Origin: Roseovarius sp.
GTDB taxonomy: Bacteria > Pseudomonadota > Alphaproteobacteria > Rhodobacterales > Rhodobacteraceae
Direction of reading: 5' to 3'
DNA: 64,000 nucleotides
Assembly (NCBI GenBank): GCA_048267045.1
Contig: JBLWYG010000002.1
Span: 2,977 to 66,976 of the forward strand
Shown here: positions 19,915-29,508 of the stretch, in pieces
Layout: each line of letters starts with the position of its first letter
How positions within the stretch are numbered: the first letter of the stretch is position 1
Notes under the pieces: generated by a model
Told to the model about the DNA's origin: nothing
Databases searched by the model: none
The model's input: only the letters and a program-made list of their open reading frames with translations
Made by a program: the position numbers and the translations under genes

Positions 19915-20265
19915 CTAATCCGGCACCTTCTTGACGAATTGCGATTTCAAACTCATCTGCCCGAATGTGGGGATTTTGCAGTCGATGTCGTGATCCCCAT
20001 CGACCAGCCGGATGCCGCGCACCTTGGTCCCGACCTTCACCACAGACGACGAGCCCTTGACCTTGAGATCCTTGATCACCGTCACAGTGTCACCATCTTG
20101 CAGTATGTTGCCGACACTGTCGCGCACATCGCCAGCGGCGTCGGACTGCGCCTCCGACGACCATTCGTGGCCGCATTCGGGGCACATGAGAAGCGTATCC
20201 GCCTCATAGGTATAGACGGACGCACATTCGGGGCATGGGGGCAGATTCTGGGTCATGTTCTGCAT
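19915..20265 (-). CDS. yjdM: Zinc-ribbon protein YjdM (PhnA-like)
   Basis: LPPCPEC...CPECGHEW, DSVGNILQDGDTVTVIKDLKVKG, DHDIDCKI. Confidence 0.93.
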   Translation of the reverse strand: MQNMTQNLPPCPECASVYTYEADTLLMCPECGHEWSSEAQSDAAGDVRDSVGNILQDGDTVTVIKDLKVKGSSSVVKVGTKVRGIRLVDGDHDIDCKIPTFGQMSLKSQFVKKVPD

Positions 20266-20454
20266 ATAGACGGCTCGCGCGCTCCTGACCAGCGGCTGAT
20301 CGGCCTGCGCGAGGCTACCCGCGCCGTGCTGAATGGGCGCGGGCGCCGGTCATCGCCGCCCCGCGAGCTGCCACCAGCAGCGCTGCGTGCTGGCCGGAGA
20401 CTGGCCGCGCGGCAGACCGGTAGCATTCGAGGCAGCCTGTCCGCAGACCTGCTG

Positions 20455-20922
20455 TCACACCATATCCTTCAGACGGCCCAGACGCACCCCATGCAGCAAC
20501 ATGACCGTGTCGGCCTCCTGCGGCTCGAACCCCAGCCGGTCATAGACAGCACGCGCGCCGGGATTATCCTCGTATACCGTGAGTTTCAGGAAACGTGGCG
20601 CGCCCCAGATGGTCTGGTTCAGTGCGGCGGACAGCAGGCGCCGACCCATGCCGGTGCCGCGCGCGGCCTCGGCCACCCACAGGTCGCTGACATAGAGACC
20701 CGTGCCGCCGTGGATCGTGGAGAAAACCGGCATCGCCAGCAACGCAGCAGTACTATCCTCGGCCATCAGGCCCAGCGCGAAGGGGTGCGCTCCAAAAAGA
20801 GCCGCGCCCAGCGCGTCCCCATCGGCGCGATGCGCATCGCCCAGATGGTTCGACAGATGGCGCAGGCCTGCGTGGAACGCGGGCAAGGTTTCGGGCGTGA
20901 CGATCTGGATTGCCGCACTCAT
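20455..20922 (-). CDS. GNAT N-acetyltransferase, SSAT/diamine-acetyltransferase-like
   Basis: FSTIHGGTGLYVSDLWV, ARGTGMGRRLL, NPGARAVYDRLGF; overlaps the BKACE stop by 4 nt. Confidence 0.85.
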   Translation of the reverse strand: MSAAIQIVTPETLPAFHAGLRHLSNHLGDAHRADGDALGAALFGAHPFALGLMAEDSTAALLAMPVFSTIHGGTGLYVSDLWVAEAARGTGMGRRLLSAALNQTIWGAPRFLKLTVYEDNPGARAVYDRLGFEPQEADTVMLLHGVRLGRLKDMV

Positions 20923-21848
20923 TGGATGGCCGTCGCGTCGCCGCCCTTCAGGTGCAGCATCGCGCGCGCCTCGCCGGGGGTGGCGATGTCGCGCCCCAGA
21001 TCCTCGACGATGCGGCGGATTTTGGTGACCTGCTCGGCATTGGTTCTGGCCAATGTCCCGCGCGAGATCATCAGCGAATCCTCCAGGCCGACGCGCACGT
21101 GCCCGCCAAGAATGGCCGACATGGTGATCAGCGGCATTTGATGGCGACCTGCCGCAAGCACGGAAAAGGTATAGCTATCGCCAAACAGCTTGTCGGCAAT
21201 CGCCTTCATGTGAGTCAGGTTTTCAGGGTCCGGGCCGATGCCGCCCAGCACGCCGAATACGAACTGGATGAACAAAGGCGCCTTTGCCAGCCCGCGATCC
21301 ACGAAATGTTTCAGCATATAGAGGTGACTGACGTCGTAGCACTCAAACTCGAACCGCGCGCCGCGCTTGTCGCCCATCTGGTGCAGCACATGCACCATGT
21401 CGCGCGGTGTGTTCTTGAAGATCAGATCGTCGGAATTCTCAAGAAACGGTTTTTCCCAGTCATGTTTCCAGTCCGTGATCCGCTCGGCGGCAGGATAAAG
21501 CGCGAAATTCATCGTGCCCATGTTGAGCGAGCACATTTCCGGCTCGGCCTGCATGGGCGCGGCCAGGCGCTGCTCCAGCGTCATGGTTGCGCTGCCTCCG
21601 GTGGTCAGGTTCAGCACCGCGTCGCAATTCTGCTTGATGCGCGGCAGGAAGGCGTTGAAATGCTCGGGGCTGGCCGAGGGCCGCCCATTCTCAGGATCGC
21701 GCGCATGCAGGTGCAGAATCGCCGCGCCGGCCTCGGCGGCGCCGATGGATGCTTCGGTGATCTGATCGGCGGTGATCGGCAGATGGGGCGACATCGACGG
21801 CGTGTGGATGGACCCGGTGATCGCGCAGGTGATGATGATCTTCGACAT
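20919..21848 (-). CDS. Beta-keto acid cleavage enzyme (BKACE/Kce, DUF849)
   Basis: IITCAITGS, AGAAILHLHARDP, TTGG, SLNMGTMN, EFECYD, GGHVRVGLED. Confidence 0.93.
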   Translation of the reverse strand: MSKIIITCAITGSIHTPSMSPHLPITADQITEASIGAAEAGAAILHLHARDPENGRPSASPEHFNAFLPRIKQNCDAVLNLTTGGSATMTLEQRLAAPMQAEPEMCSLNMGTMNFALYPAAERITDWKHDWEKPFLENSDDLIFKNTPRDMVHVLHQMGDKRGARFEFECYDVSHLYMLKHFVDRGLAKAPLFIQFVFGVLGGIGPDPENLTHMKAIADKLFGDSYTFSVLAAGRHQMPLITMSAILGGHVRVGLEDSLMISRGTLARTNAEQVTKIRRIVEDLGRDIATPGEARAMLHLKGGDATAIQ

Positions 21849-21851
21849 ATC

Positions 21852-23186
21852 CTATTCCGCCGCCAATTTGGGCATTTCGGCCATGAATTGCGCCAATGAG
21901 CGGTCCAGCATGTCGGTCATCTCGTCCAGTTGCGCCTCGGTCACGATCATCGGCGGGCAGACGAGGAAATGATCGCCCGACGTGCCGCCCCGCGTGCGGC
22001 GCGAATAGATGATCAACCCGTTGTCATAGGCGATATCGACCAGCCGGCTATGCGCGTTCAGCCCCTTGGGCAGCGGCGCTGTGGTGCCGCGATCCGCCAT
22101 CAGTTCGAACGCGGTCAGCAGACCCTTGCCGCGCACGTCGCCGATCAGTGGATAGCGCTGCATCAGGCCGCGCAGCCGTTCGGCCAACTTGTCGCCCATC
22201 TTGGCGGCGTTGCTGACCATATCCTGCCGGGCAATCTCGTCCAGAACAGCGGACCCAGCCGCGCAGGCCAGCGGGTTGCCGGCATAGGTGAACCCGTGGA
22301 TGAACCCGCCCGCGTTCATCACCGCATCGACCATGTCATCGCGCGCGATCATCGCGCCAAGAGGCGCGTAGCCGGCGCCAAATCCCTTGGACAGACAAAT
22401 GAGGTCGGGCGCGGTATCCCAATGTTCAGCGCCGAAAAACGCGCCTGTGCGCCCGCCGCCTGTCATCACCTCGTCATGTATCAAGAGCACGCCGTATTCG
22501 GAGCAAATCTCGCGGATGCGCTGCATATAGCCCAGTGGCGGCACCAAAGCCCCGGTAGAGGCGCCGCCGACAGGTTCGACGATGAAGGCCATGACCGTTT
22601 CCGGCCCCTCGTCGAGGATCTTCTGCTCCAGCAGGTCGGCGTAATACCAGCCTGTTGCCGCATCATCAGGATCGAGCCCATCCAGATAGGCGCGCGGCGC
22701 GGGGATTTTCGGCATCCGCTGCATCATCGGATCAAACGGCGCCGTCATCGTCGACATGCCGGTAATGGCCAGCGCGCCCAGCGTGCAGCCGTGATAACTG
22801 GGAAAGCGGGAGATCACCTTGAACCGCTGCGCCTGTCCTTGGGTCAGCACGTATTGGCGCGCCAGCTTCAGACAGCTTTCCACTGCCTCCGACCCGCCGG
22901 AGACAAAGAACACCTTGTTCAGATTCTCAGGCGTCAACGCCACGATCTTCTGCGCCAGATCCTCCGATGCGTCCGTCTGGAAATGCAGGCGATAGCCGAA
23001 AGTGGATTTCTCCATCTGCGTACGCATCGCGCCCAGAACGGCAGGGTTGGAGTGGCCAATATTGGACACCATCGCGCCGGACGAGCCGTCGATGTAGCGT
23101 TTGCCATGGACGTCATACATATAGATGCCGTCCGCCCGGTCCAGCACGGGGCGGGGCGATTTCGTCTGGTAAAAAAGGTTAGACAT
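21852..23186 (-). CDS. Class-III PLP-dependent aminotransferase
   Basis: YIDGSSG, SGGSEAVE, SYHGCT, FIVEPVGG, IHDEVMTGGGRTG, SKGFGAG (PLP Lys), HGFTYAGNP. Confidence 0.93.
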   Translation of the reverse strand: MSNLFYQTKSPRPVLDRADGIYMYDVHGKRYIDGSSGAMVSNIGHSNPAVLGAMRTQMEKSTFGYRLHFQTDASEDLAQKIVALTPENLNKVFFVSGGSEAVESCLKLARQYVLTQGQAQRFKVISRFPSYHGCTLGALAITGMSTMTAPFDPMMQRMPKIPAPRAYLDGLDPDDAATGWYYADLLEQKILDEGPETVMAFIVEPVGGASTGALVPPLGYMQRIREICSEYGVLLIHDEVMTGGGRTGAFFGAEHWDTAPDLICLSKGFGAGYAPLGAMIARDDMVDAVMNAGGFIHGFTYAGNPLACAAGSAVLDEIARQDMVSNAAKMGDKLAERLRGLMQRYPLIGDVRGKGLLTAFELMADRGTTAPLPKGLNAHSRLVDIAYDNGLIIYSRRTRGGTSGDHFLVCPPMIVTEAQLDEMTDMLDRSLAQFMAEMPKLAAE

Positions 23187-23195
23187 ATTATGCCC

Positions 23196-23957
23196 TTAGC
23201 GGCTGAGGTGTTTGCGCAGGAAATTCTTGGTGCGCTCTTCCTCGGGGTTCTGGAAAATGACGTCGGGCGGGCCTTCCTCGACCACGACGCCCCGATCCAT
23301 GAACAGCACGCGGTCGCAAACGCTGGCGGCGAAATCCATCTCATGGGTAACGATGATCATGGTCATATGCTGCTCGGCCAGCTTTTTCATCACAAGGTTC
23401 ACTTCCTCGACCAGTTCGGGGTCCAGCGCTGATGTCGCTTCGTCAAACAGCATCACCTTGGGCTTCATCGCCAGCGCGCGGGCAATCGCCACGCGCTGTT
23501 TCTGTCCACCCGACAGACGCGAGGGGAAGACGTCGATCTTGTCCGACAGGCCGACATGGGCCAGCTGCTCCTCGGCCAGCTTGTTCGCGTCGGCCGTGGA
23601 CATACCCTTGAGCATCTTGGGCGCCAGCGTGATGTTGTCGCGCACGTTAAGATGGGGAAACAGGTTGAAGTGCTGGAACACCATGCCGATGTCCTGCCGC
23701 ACCTGATTGACGTGCTTTTCATACTGGCGATGCGGCAGCTTCTTGTTGATCTGCACGCCCTCCAGCCAGACCTCGCCCGAACTCAGGGGGTCAAGCTCGT
23801 TGATGGCGCGCAGCAGCGTGGATTTGCCCGAGCCTGACGGACCGATGATGGCAACGATCTGGCCACGCTCGACGGTCAGATTAATATCCTTTAGCACCTC
23901 AAGCGAGCCAAAGCTTTTCGCGGCGTGGCGGATTTCGATGAAGGGGGTATCGGTCAT
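23196..23957 (-). CDS. Polar amino-acid ABC transporter ATP-binding protein
   Basis: [34 protein letters not shown]. Confidence 0.95.
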   Translation of the reverse strand: MTDTPFIEIRHAAKSFGSLEVLKDINLTVERGQIVAIIGPSGSGKSTLLRAINELDPLSSGEVWLEGVQINKKLPHRQYEKHVNQVRQDIGMVFQHFNLFPHLNVRDNITLAPKMLKGMSTADANKLAEEQLAHVGLSDKIDVFPSRLSGGQKQRVAIARALAMKPKVMLFDEATSALDPELVEEVNLVMKKLAEQHMTMIIVTHEMDFAASVCDRVLFMDRGVVVEEGPPDVIFQNPEEERTKNFLRKHLSR

Positions 23958-23967
23958 GAAAGTCTCC

Positions 23968-24624
23968 TTACCGCTGGGCCGCGATGCGGCGCTCAAGGCG
24001 GCGCAATCCGGCCTCAAGGCACAGGTTGATGACGTAATAGAGTGCGGCGACGGTTATGTAGAATTCGAACGGGCGATAGGTGCGGCTGATCGCCTGCTGC
24101 GCCGACAGGGTCAACTCGGCCACGCCGATGACGGACACCAGTGCGGAATCCTTGAGCAGCGCGATCATGTTGTTACCCATCGGGGGCACCACCGCCTGCA
24201 CCGCTTGTGGGATCACGATCCGGCGCAGCGTCTGGCCCCGCGACAGGCCCAGAGTGCGCGCGCCCTCGTACTGCCCCTTGTCCACCGACAGGATCGACGC
24301 CTGGATCAGCTCGGAATTATAGACCGCGAAATGCAGGCCCAGCCCGATGACGCCGGCAACAAAGGCCGGCAGGTCGATGCCGATCTGGATCAGGCCGAAA
24401 TATATCAGGAACAGTTGCAACAGCAGCGGCGTGCCCATGAACAGCCACGCAAACAGGCGGAATGGCAGGCGGACCACCCAGTGACCGTAAAGCGCGATGA
24501 CGGCAAAGACGATCCCGCCGAAGAAGCTGAGCAGACCGGCCCCGATGGTGATGGCAATCGTCCAGACCATGCCGAGCAGAAGCATGCCCCAGTAGCCGGG
24601 GACGACGGTGAAATCAAGACCCAT
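23968..24624 (-). CDS. Polar amino-acid ABC permease
   Basis: [28 protein letters not shown] loop, LLKDSAL. Confidence 0.93.
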   Translation of the reverse strand: MGLDFTVVPGYWGMLLLGMVWTIAITIGAGLLSFFGGIVFAVIALYGHWVVRLPFRLFAWLFMGTPLLLQLFLIYFGLIQIGIDLPAFVAGVIGLGLHFAVYNSELIQASILSVDKGQYEGARTLGLSRGQTLRRIVIPQAVQAVVPPMGNNMIALLKDSALVSVIGVAELTLSAQQAISRTYRPFEFYITVAALYYVINLCLEAGLRRLERRIAAQR

Positions 24625-24672
24625 GGCGGCCTCCTGTCAGCGGTGCGGTGGGGATTGCAGGGACCGAAACGC

Positions 24673-25320
24673 TCATGAAATGCGCGCCCTGCGGTCCAGC
24701 CAGTTGATGCCCTGCCCGACCACATAGATGAAGATCATGTAAAGAACGCCGGCCATCAGGAACATCTCGAACGGCTTGTAAGTCGACCCGATGAACCGCT
24801 GCGCGGTCTGGGTCAGCTCGATCACCGAAATCGGCGCCAGCAGCGCGGTGCCCTTGATCAGCGCGTTGATATTCACGCCCAGCGGGCGGATCATCATGCG
24901 CGCGGCCTGCGGCAGAACCACCTTGCGCATCGTCTCCCACTTGCTCATGCCCAGTGTACGCGCCGCCTCGGTCTGGCCGCGATCAACCGACAGGATGGCG
25001 CCGCGGATCGTCTCGGTCATGTAGGCGCCGATATTGACACCCAAGGCGATCGTACCGGCCGTGAAGGCATCCAGCTGAATGCCGATCTGCGGACCGCCAA
25101 AATAGAGAATGAACACCTGGATCAGCGCCGGCGTGCCGCGAAACAGGCTGACATAGGTCGCCGCAATCCAGCGCAACGGCGCCAGCCGTGACATGCGCAT
25201 CGCCGCACCCACCGCGCCGCAGGCAAGGCCCAGCAAGCAGGTCAGGACCGACAGCTGCACCGTGACCAGCGCGGCTTGCAGGAAGAAGGGGTAAACCCGC
25301 AGCATCAGCTCGATATCCAA
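24673..25320 (-). CDS. Polar amino-acid ABC permease
   Basis: FRGTPALIQVF, AYMTETIRG, GQTEAARTLG; TTG start with CAGGAG RBS. Confidence 0.93.
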   Translation of the reverse strand: MDIELMLRVYPFFLQAALVTVQLSVLTCLLGLACGAVGAAMRMSRLAPLRWIAATYVSLFRGTPALIQVFILYFGGPQIGIQLDAFTAGTIALGVNIGAYMTETIRGAILSVDRGQTEAARTLGMSKWETMRKVVLPQAARMMIRPLGVNINALIKGTALLAPISVIELTQTAQRFIGSTYKPFEMFLMAGVLYMIFIYVVGQGINWLDRRARIS

Positions 25321-25449
25321 GCGAAATCTCCTGTGATGGGGGCGCCGGACGGCACGGCGCGGCAGTCAGGCAAGGAGCCGGGGCGATCGGGTCCCGCTCC
25401 GGCCTGCCATGTCGGGCCCGCCGGACAATGCCCGGCAGGCCAGCACGAT

Positions 25450-26241
25450 TTAGCGGATGTCGCCGCCGACCCACTCGTTCGCGAGTTCCATGTAGGTGCC
25501 GTCTTCCATCATGCTGTCCAGCGCCTCCTGCATGGCGGCCTGAAGCTCGGGGTTGTCCTGACGGATGGCTATGCCGGCCGGGAACGCCTCGGCGTCGGGC
25601 GCCGGGATTTCGGCCAGATCGTACTGGCCCGATTTCATCGCCAGCAGGACCGGGATCGAATCGTTGATGACAACGTCGATACGTCCGTTCGTCAGCTCCA
25701 GCAGCAGTTCGGGCAGGCCCTTGTAGGTCTTGACGTTGTAGCCCTGCTCGCGCGCCCACTCGTCATGCGTCTCGCCCAGCGTCAGGCCGACGGTGACATC
25801 GGGATCATTCAGTTGATCCAGCGACGTGATGTCCGACCCCGCGACGGTAAAGAACGCGCGCTTGGTGTTGTAGTAAGGGCCGACGAAGTCGATGACCTTG
25901 TCACGCTCCTCGGTAATGGACATCGAGCCGACGACCGCATCGAACTTGTTCGCGATGAGGCCCCCGATGATGCCGTCCCACGCGGTGGTGACGATTTCCG
26001 TCTCCAGCCCCATGCGCTTGGCAATCTCGGTGCCGATGGCCGGATCGAAGCCCACGACTTCGTTATTTTCATTCACGAAGTTGAAAGGCGGATACTGGCC
26101 CGTCATCGCGATGCGCAGAACGCCAGCCTCCTTGATCGCCTCCAGATCGTCGGCGAATGCGGGCTGCGTGATCATCGCACCCAGCAGCGCGGCGCTGCCC
26201 ATCAGGACCGTGCGGCGCATCATCTTGGCAATCATTGTCAT
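25450..26241 (-). CDS. Amino-acid ABC substrate-binding protein (SBP family 3)
   Basis: Signal peptide; TGQYPPFNF, GFD, WDGIIGGL, SMSITEER. Confidence 0.93.
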   Translation of the reverse strand: MTMIAKMMRRTVLMGSAALLGAMITQPAFADDLEAIKEAGVLRIAMTGQYPPFNFVNENNEVVGFDPAIGTEIAKRMGLETEIVTTAWDGIIGGLIANKFDAVVGSMSITEERDKVIDFVGPYYNTKRAFFTVAGSDITSLDQLNDPDVTVGLTLGETHDEWAREQGYNVKTYKGLPELLLELTNGRIDVVINDSIPVLLAMKSGQYDLAEIPAPDAEAFPAGIAIRQDNPELQAAMQEALDSMMEDGTYMELANEWVGGDIR

Positions 26242-26338
26242 ATTCGGTTTCTCCCGTTGAATATTGTCTGTTTCAGGCTGCGGCACCCGGCAGGTGCGCT
26301 CTTTGGGCCTTGCCATGAGGTTTGCACAGGCACCAATC

Positions 26339-26353
26339 ATCATGCAAATAGAT
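26339..26353. promoter_or_regulatory. Candidate LysR T-N11-A box in the divergent SBP/lysR intergenic region
   Basis: ATC-ATGCAAATA-GAT dyad; short motif, could be chance. Confidence 0.4.
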
Positions 26354-26382
26354 AAAGCCAATGGCCCGGATTGAGAGAATCA

Positions 26383-27339
26383 ATGATGCGCCCATATGAA
26401 CAACGCTTTGTCTGGAATCTGGACTGGAACCTGCTGCGCACCTTCATGGTGATGGTCGAACAGGGCGGAATCACCCCCGCCGCCACCTTTCTGGGGCTCA
26501 AGCAGCCGACCATCAGTTCCGCGCTCAAGCGGCTTGAGGCGCAGGTGGGCAAGCGGCTGGTCAACCGGTCGTCGACGCATTTCAGCGTGACGCCGATGGG
26601 CGAGGTTCTGTATCGCGAAACCAGCACGATCTTCGGGTCGGTCATGCAACTGCCCATATTGCTGAGCGGCGCCGAGGATGCCGTGACCGGCCAGATCGCC
26701 ATCGCACTGGCCAGCCATATCGCGTGCCCGCATTTCGACGCCGTTCTGGAGCGGTTCAACACCGCCCATCCTGACGTGACCTATACGCTCAGCATCAATG
26801 AGAGCGAGGAGGTCATCACGCGGGTCGAGCAGAACCGCGTGTCGTTCGGGATCTGCCTTGTGTCGCACAAGCGGCCCAAGCTGGAATACCGCGTGCTCTA
26901 CCGCGAATATTTCGGCCATTACTGCGGACCGGGGCATCGCCTCTTCGGCAGGACCGGGCTGAAACTGTCCGATCTTGCGGACGAGGTGGCCGTGTCCTTT
27001 CAGACCGACAGCAGCGCCGGGCCGCTGTTCGAACTGGCGGGCCTGCGCGCGCGGGCGGGTATGCGCTCGGAGCTCAAGGGCGTGTCGTCCAGCCTGTCCG
27101 AGGTGCGGCGCATGATCATGTGCAATGTCGGCATCGGCGCCCTGCCCGTCCATGTCGCGGCGCGCGATGTTGCCGCCGGGCGCTTGTGGCAATTGCCGCC
27201 CAGCACGAATCTGCCTGCCATCGACATTCACGTCGTCACCAATCCCGCGCGCAGCCAGAACCGCGCCGAGGCCGTGCTGTCACGGATGCTGGTCGACGAA
27301 ATTGTCGGCACCCCCCTGTCCGAGCGGTCCTATTCGTGA
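26383..27339 (+). CDS. LysR-family transcriptional regulator
   Basis: LDWNLLRTF..., QPTISSALKRLE HTH plus substrate-binding domain. Confidence 0.93.
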   Translation: MMRPYEQRFVWNLDWNLLRTFMVMVEQGGITPAATFLGLKQPTISSALKRLEAQVGKRLVNRSSTHFSVTPMGEVLYRETSTIFGSVMQLPILLSGAEDAVTGQIAIALASHIACPHFDAVLERFNTAHPDVTYTLSINESEEVITRVEQNRVSFGICLVSHKRPKLEYRVLYREYFGHYCGPGHRLFGRTGLKLSDLADEVAVSFQTDSSAGPLFELAGLRARAGMRSELKGVSSSLSEVRRMIMCNVGIGALPVHVAARDVAAGRLWQLPPSTNLPAIDIHVVTNPARSQNRAEAVLSRMLVDEIVGTPLSERSYS

Positions 27340-27416
27340 CCGGTCGGCCCACGTGCGGCGTTGACACCGTCGCCGCTCGGCCTACTAGTTACCGCAACCC
27401 CCCGGGAGGGATTTCT

Positions 27417-28148
27417 ATGACCAACAGGACACTTCTGCTGACCGGCGCCAGCCGGGGTATCGGGCACGCGACGGTAAAGTCGTTTCAGGCGGCCGGCTGG
27501 CGCGTTCTGACCGTGTCGCGCACCGCGTTCGACACGCGCTGCCCCTGGCACGCGGGCGCCACCGATCATTTTCAGGGCGATCTGGCCGATGCGGGCGCGC
27601 GCGCCGATCTGGTCGCGCGGGTGCGCGAAACACTGGGCGGCACCGGCCTGGGCGCCATCGTCAACAATGCCGGAATATCGCCCAAGGGCGACCGCGGCAC
27701 CCGCATGGGCATCGCCGATACCGCCGATGAGGTCTGGCACCAAGTGCTGAATGTCAACCTGATCGGCCCTGCCGCCCTGATGCGCGACCTCATGCCGGAG
27801 CTTCAGCAGGCACAGGGGACGGTGGTAAATGTCGGCTCAATCGTCGGCAGCCGCGTGCACCCCTTTGCGGGCGCCGCCTATGCCTGCTCCAAGGCGGCGC
27901 TGGCAGCGTTGACGCGCGAGGCGGCGGCAGAATTCGGACCCCGCGGCATCCGCACCAACATGGTCACACCCGGCGAGATCGAGACGGAAATCCTGTCCCC
28001 CGGCACCGAGGAGATCACCCGCACCATTCCGCTGCGCCGCCTTGGCCAGTCCGAAGAGGTCGCACGCGTGGTACTGTTCCTGTGCTCCGCCCAGGCATCC
28101 TACGTCAACGGCGCGTCCATCGACGTTAACGGCGGCCAGCACGTCTGA
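27417..28148 (+). CDS. Short-chain dehydrogenase/reductase
   Basis: TGASRGIG, VNNAG, S..G, YACSK, NGASIDVNGG. Confidence 0.92.
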   Translation: MTNRTLLLTGASRGIGHATVKSFQAAGWRVLTVSRTAFDTRCPWHAGATDHFQGDLADAGARADLVARVRETLGGTGLGAIVNNAGISPKGDRGTRMGIADTADEVWHQVLNVNLIGPAALMRDLMPELQQAQGTVVNVGSIVGSRVHPFAGAAYACSKAALAALTREAAAEFGPRGIRTNMVTPGEIETEILSPGTEEITRTIPLRRLGQSEEVARVVLFLCSAQASYVNGASIDVNGGQHV

Positions 28149-28182
28149 GCCACCAGATGCGCCGCGGTCCCCGGGGGAGCGG

Positions 28183-29340
28183 CTAGAGCCCCGTCTCCAG
28201 CCGGTCCAGCACGCGCGCCAGCATCGCATCGCACGCGTCCAACTGTGCGGCGTCGATGAATTCATCCGGTTTGTGCCCTTGCGCCATATGCCCCGGCCCG
28301 CAGACCGCCGTGGCCATGCCGAGGCGGTTGTGGAACAGCCCCCCCTCGGTGCCGAAGGCGACCTTGATCGCGGGATCATCGCTGCCTGTCACATCACGCA
28401 GAAACGCGACAATGGCGGACTCCGGGTTCGTCTCAAGGCCGGGATAAGTGTTGGTTTCAGCAAAATCGATGGCGACATGCGGATGGCTGTCGCGATAAGG
28501 CGCGACGATCTGCGCTGCGTCCCCGGCAAGGTCCGCGACGATGCTGGCAGGATCATCCGCCGCGATATTGCGAATCTCGAAATCCAGCGTGCAGTGATCT
28601 GGCACGATGTTCAACTGCACACCGCCGTGCATGATGCCCGCGTGAAGCGTGGTGTAGGGGATCGAATACGACTCGTCGCGGGCACCATTTGCGGCGATAT
28701 CGGCCTGCCTTGCGCGCAGGCGGGCCATGAAATCGGCGCCCAGATGCAGCGCATTGATCCCCTCGGGCGCAAGGGCCGAGTGGCTGGCATGGCCGGTGCA
28801 GGTGGCGCGCAGGGCCGTCTTGCCCTTGTGGCCGGTGGCAATCTGCATTCCCGTCGGCTCGCCCACGATGCACAGCGCGGGGCGGATGCTGCGCGGCTCC
28901 AGCGCGTCGATCAGGCTGCGCACGCCGACGCAGCCGATTTCCTCGTCATAGGAAAAGGCCAGATGCAGCGGTGTTTTCAGATCGCGCGTCGCGGCCAGCC
29001 GGGCAGCATGAATGGCGGCGGCGACAAATCCCTTCATGTCCGCCGTGCCGCGCCCGTAGTATCGTGCCCCATCGCGGCGCATGCTGAAAGGATCGCCCGA
29101 CCAAACCTGACCTTCGACCGGCACCACATCGGTATGACCCGACAGCATCACGCCGGGGCGATCGCGTGGGCCGATGGTGGCGAAAAGGTTGGCGCGCGCG
29201 CCGTCCTTCGTGCCGACCGTCTCGAACTGGACGCCAACATCACTCAGAAGCGCAGCGATATACGAGATCAGATCCAGATTGGGCGTCCGGCTGATGCTGG
29301 GAAAGGCGATGAGCCGGTCAAGGATGTCCAGGGTTTTCAT
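28183..29340 (-). CDS. argE: M20A deacylase, acetylornithine deacetylase ArgE-like
   Basis: LSGHTDVVP, GRGTADMKG, DEEIGC, GEPT, HSA, GTEGG, GHKPDE. Confidence 0.85.
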   Translation of the reverse strand: MKTLDILDRLIAFPSISRTPNLDLISYIAALLSDVGVQFETVGTKDGARANLFATIGPRDRPGVMLSGHTDVVPVEGQVWSGDPFSMRRDGARYYGRGTADMKGFVAAAIHAARLAATRDLKTPLHLAFSYDEEIGCVGVRSLIDALEPRSIRPALCIVGEPTGMQIATGHKGKTALRATCTGHASHSALAPEGINALHLGADFMARLRARQADIAANGARDESYSIPYTTLHAGIMHGGVQLNIVPDHCTLDFEIRNIAADDPASIVADLAGDAAQIVAPYRDSHPHVAIDFAETNTYPGLETNPESAIVAFLRDVTGSDDPAIKVAFGTEGGLFHNRLGMATAVCGPGHMAQGHKPDEFIDAAQLDACDAMLARVLDRLETGL

Positions 29341-29508
29341 TCCCCTAGGTGTCCCCCGGCACGACGCCGCAGGGCGGCTCGGGCGGGTTGGCGCGCGGCT
29401 GTGATGGCCCCCGTCGAATGTCCCGGCGATCGGCTTTGGCGCTGCTCCGGACGGTCGCATGATACGCGTTCAGCAGACGCGCGTCCGAAAGACGCATCGT
29501 GTCGTAAA

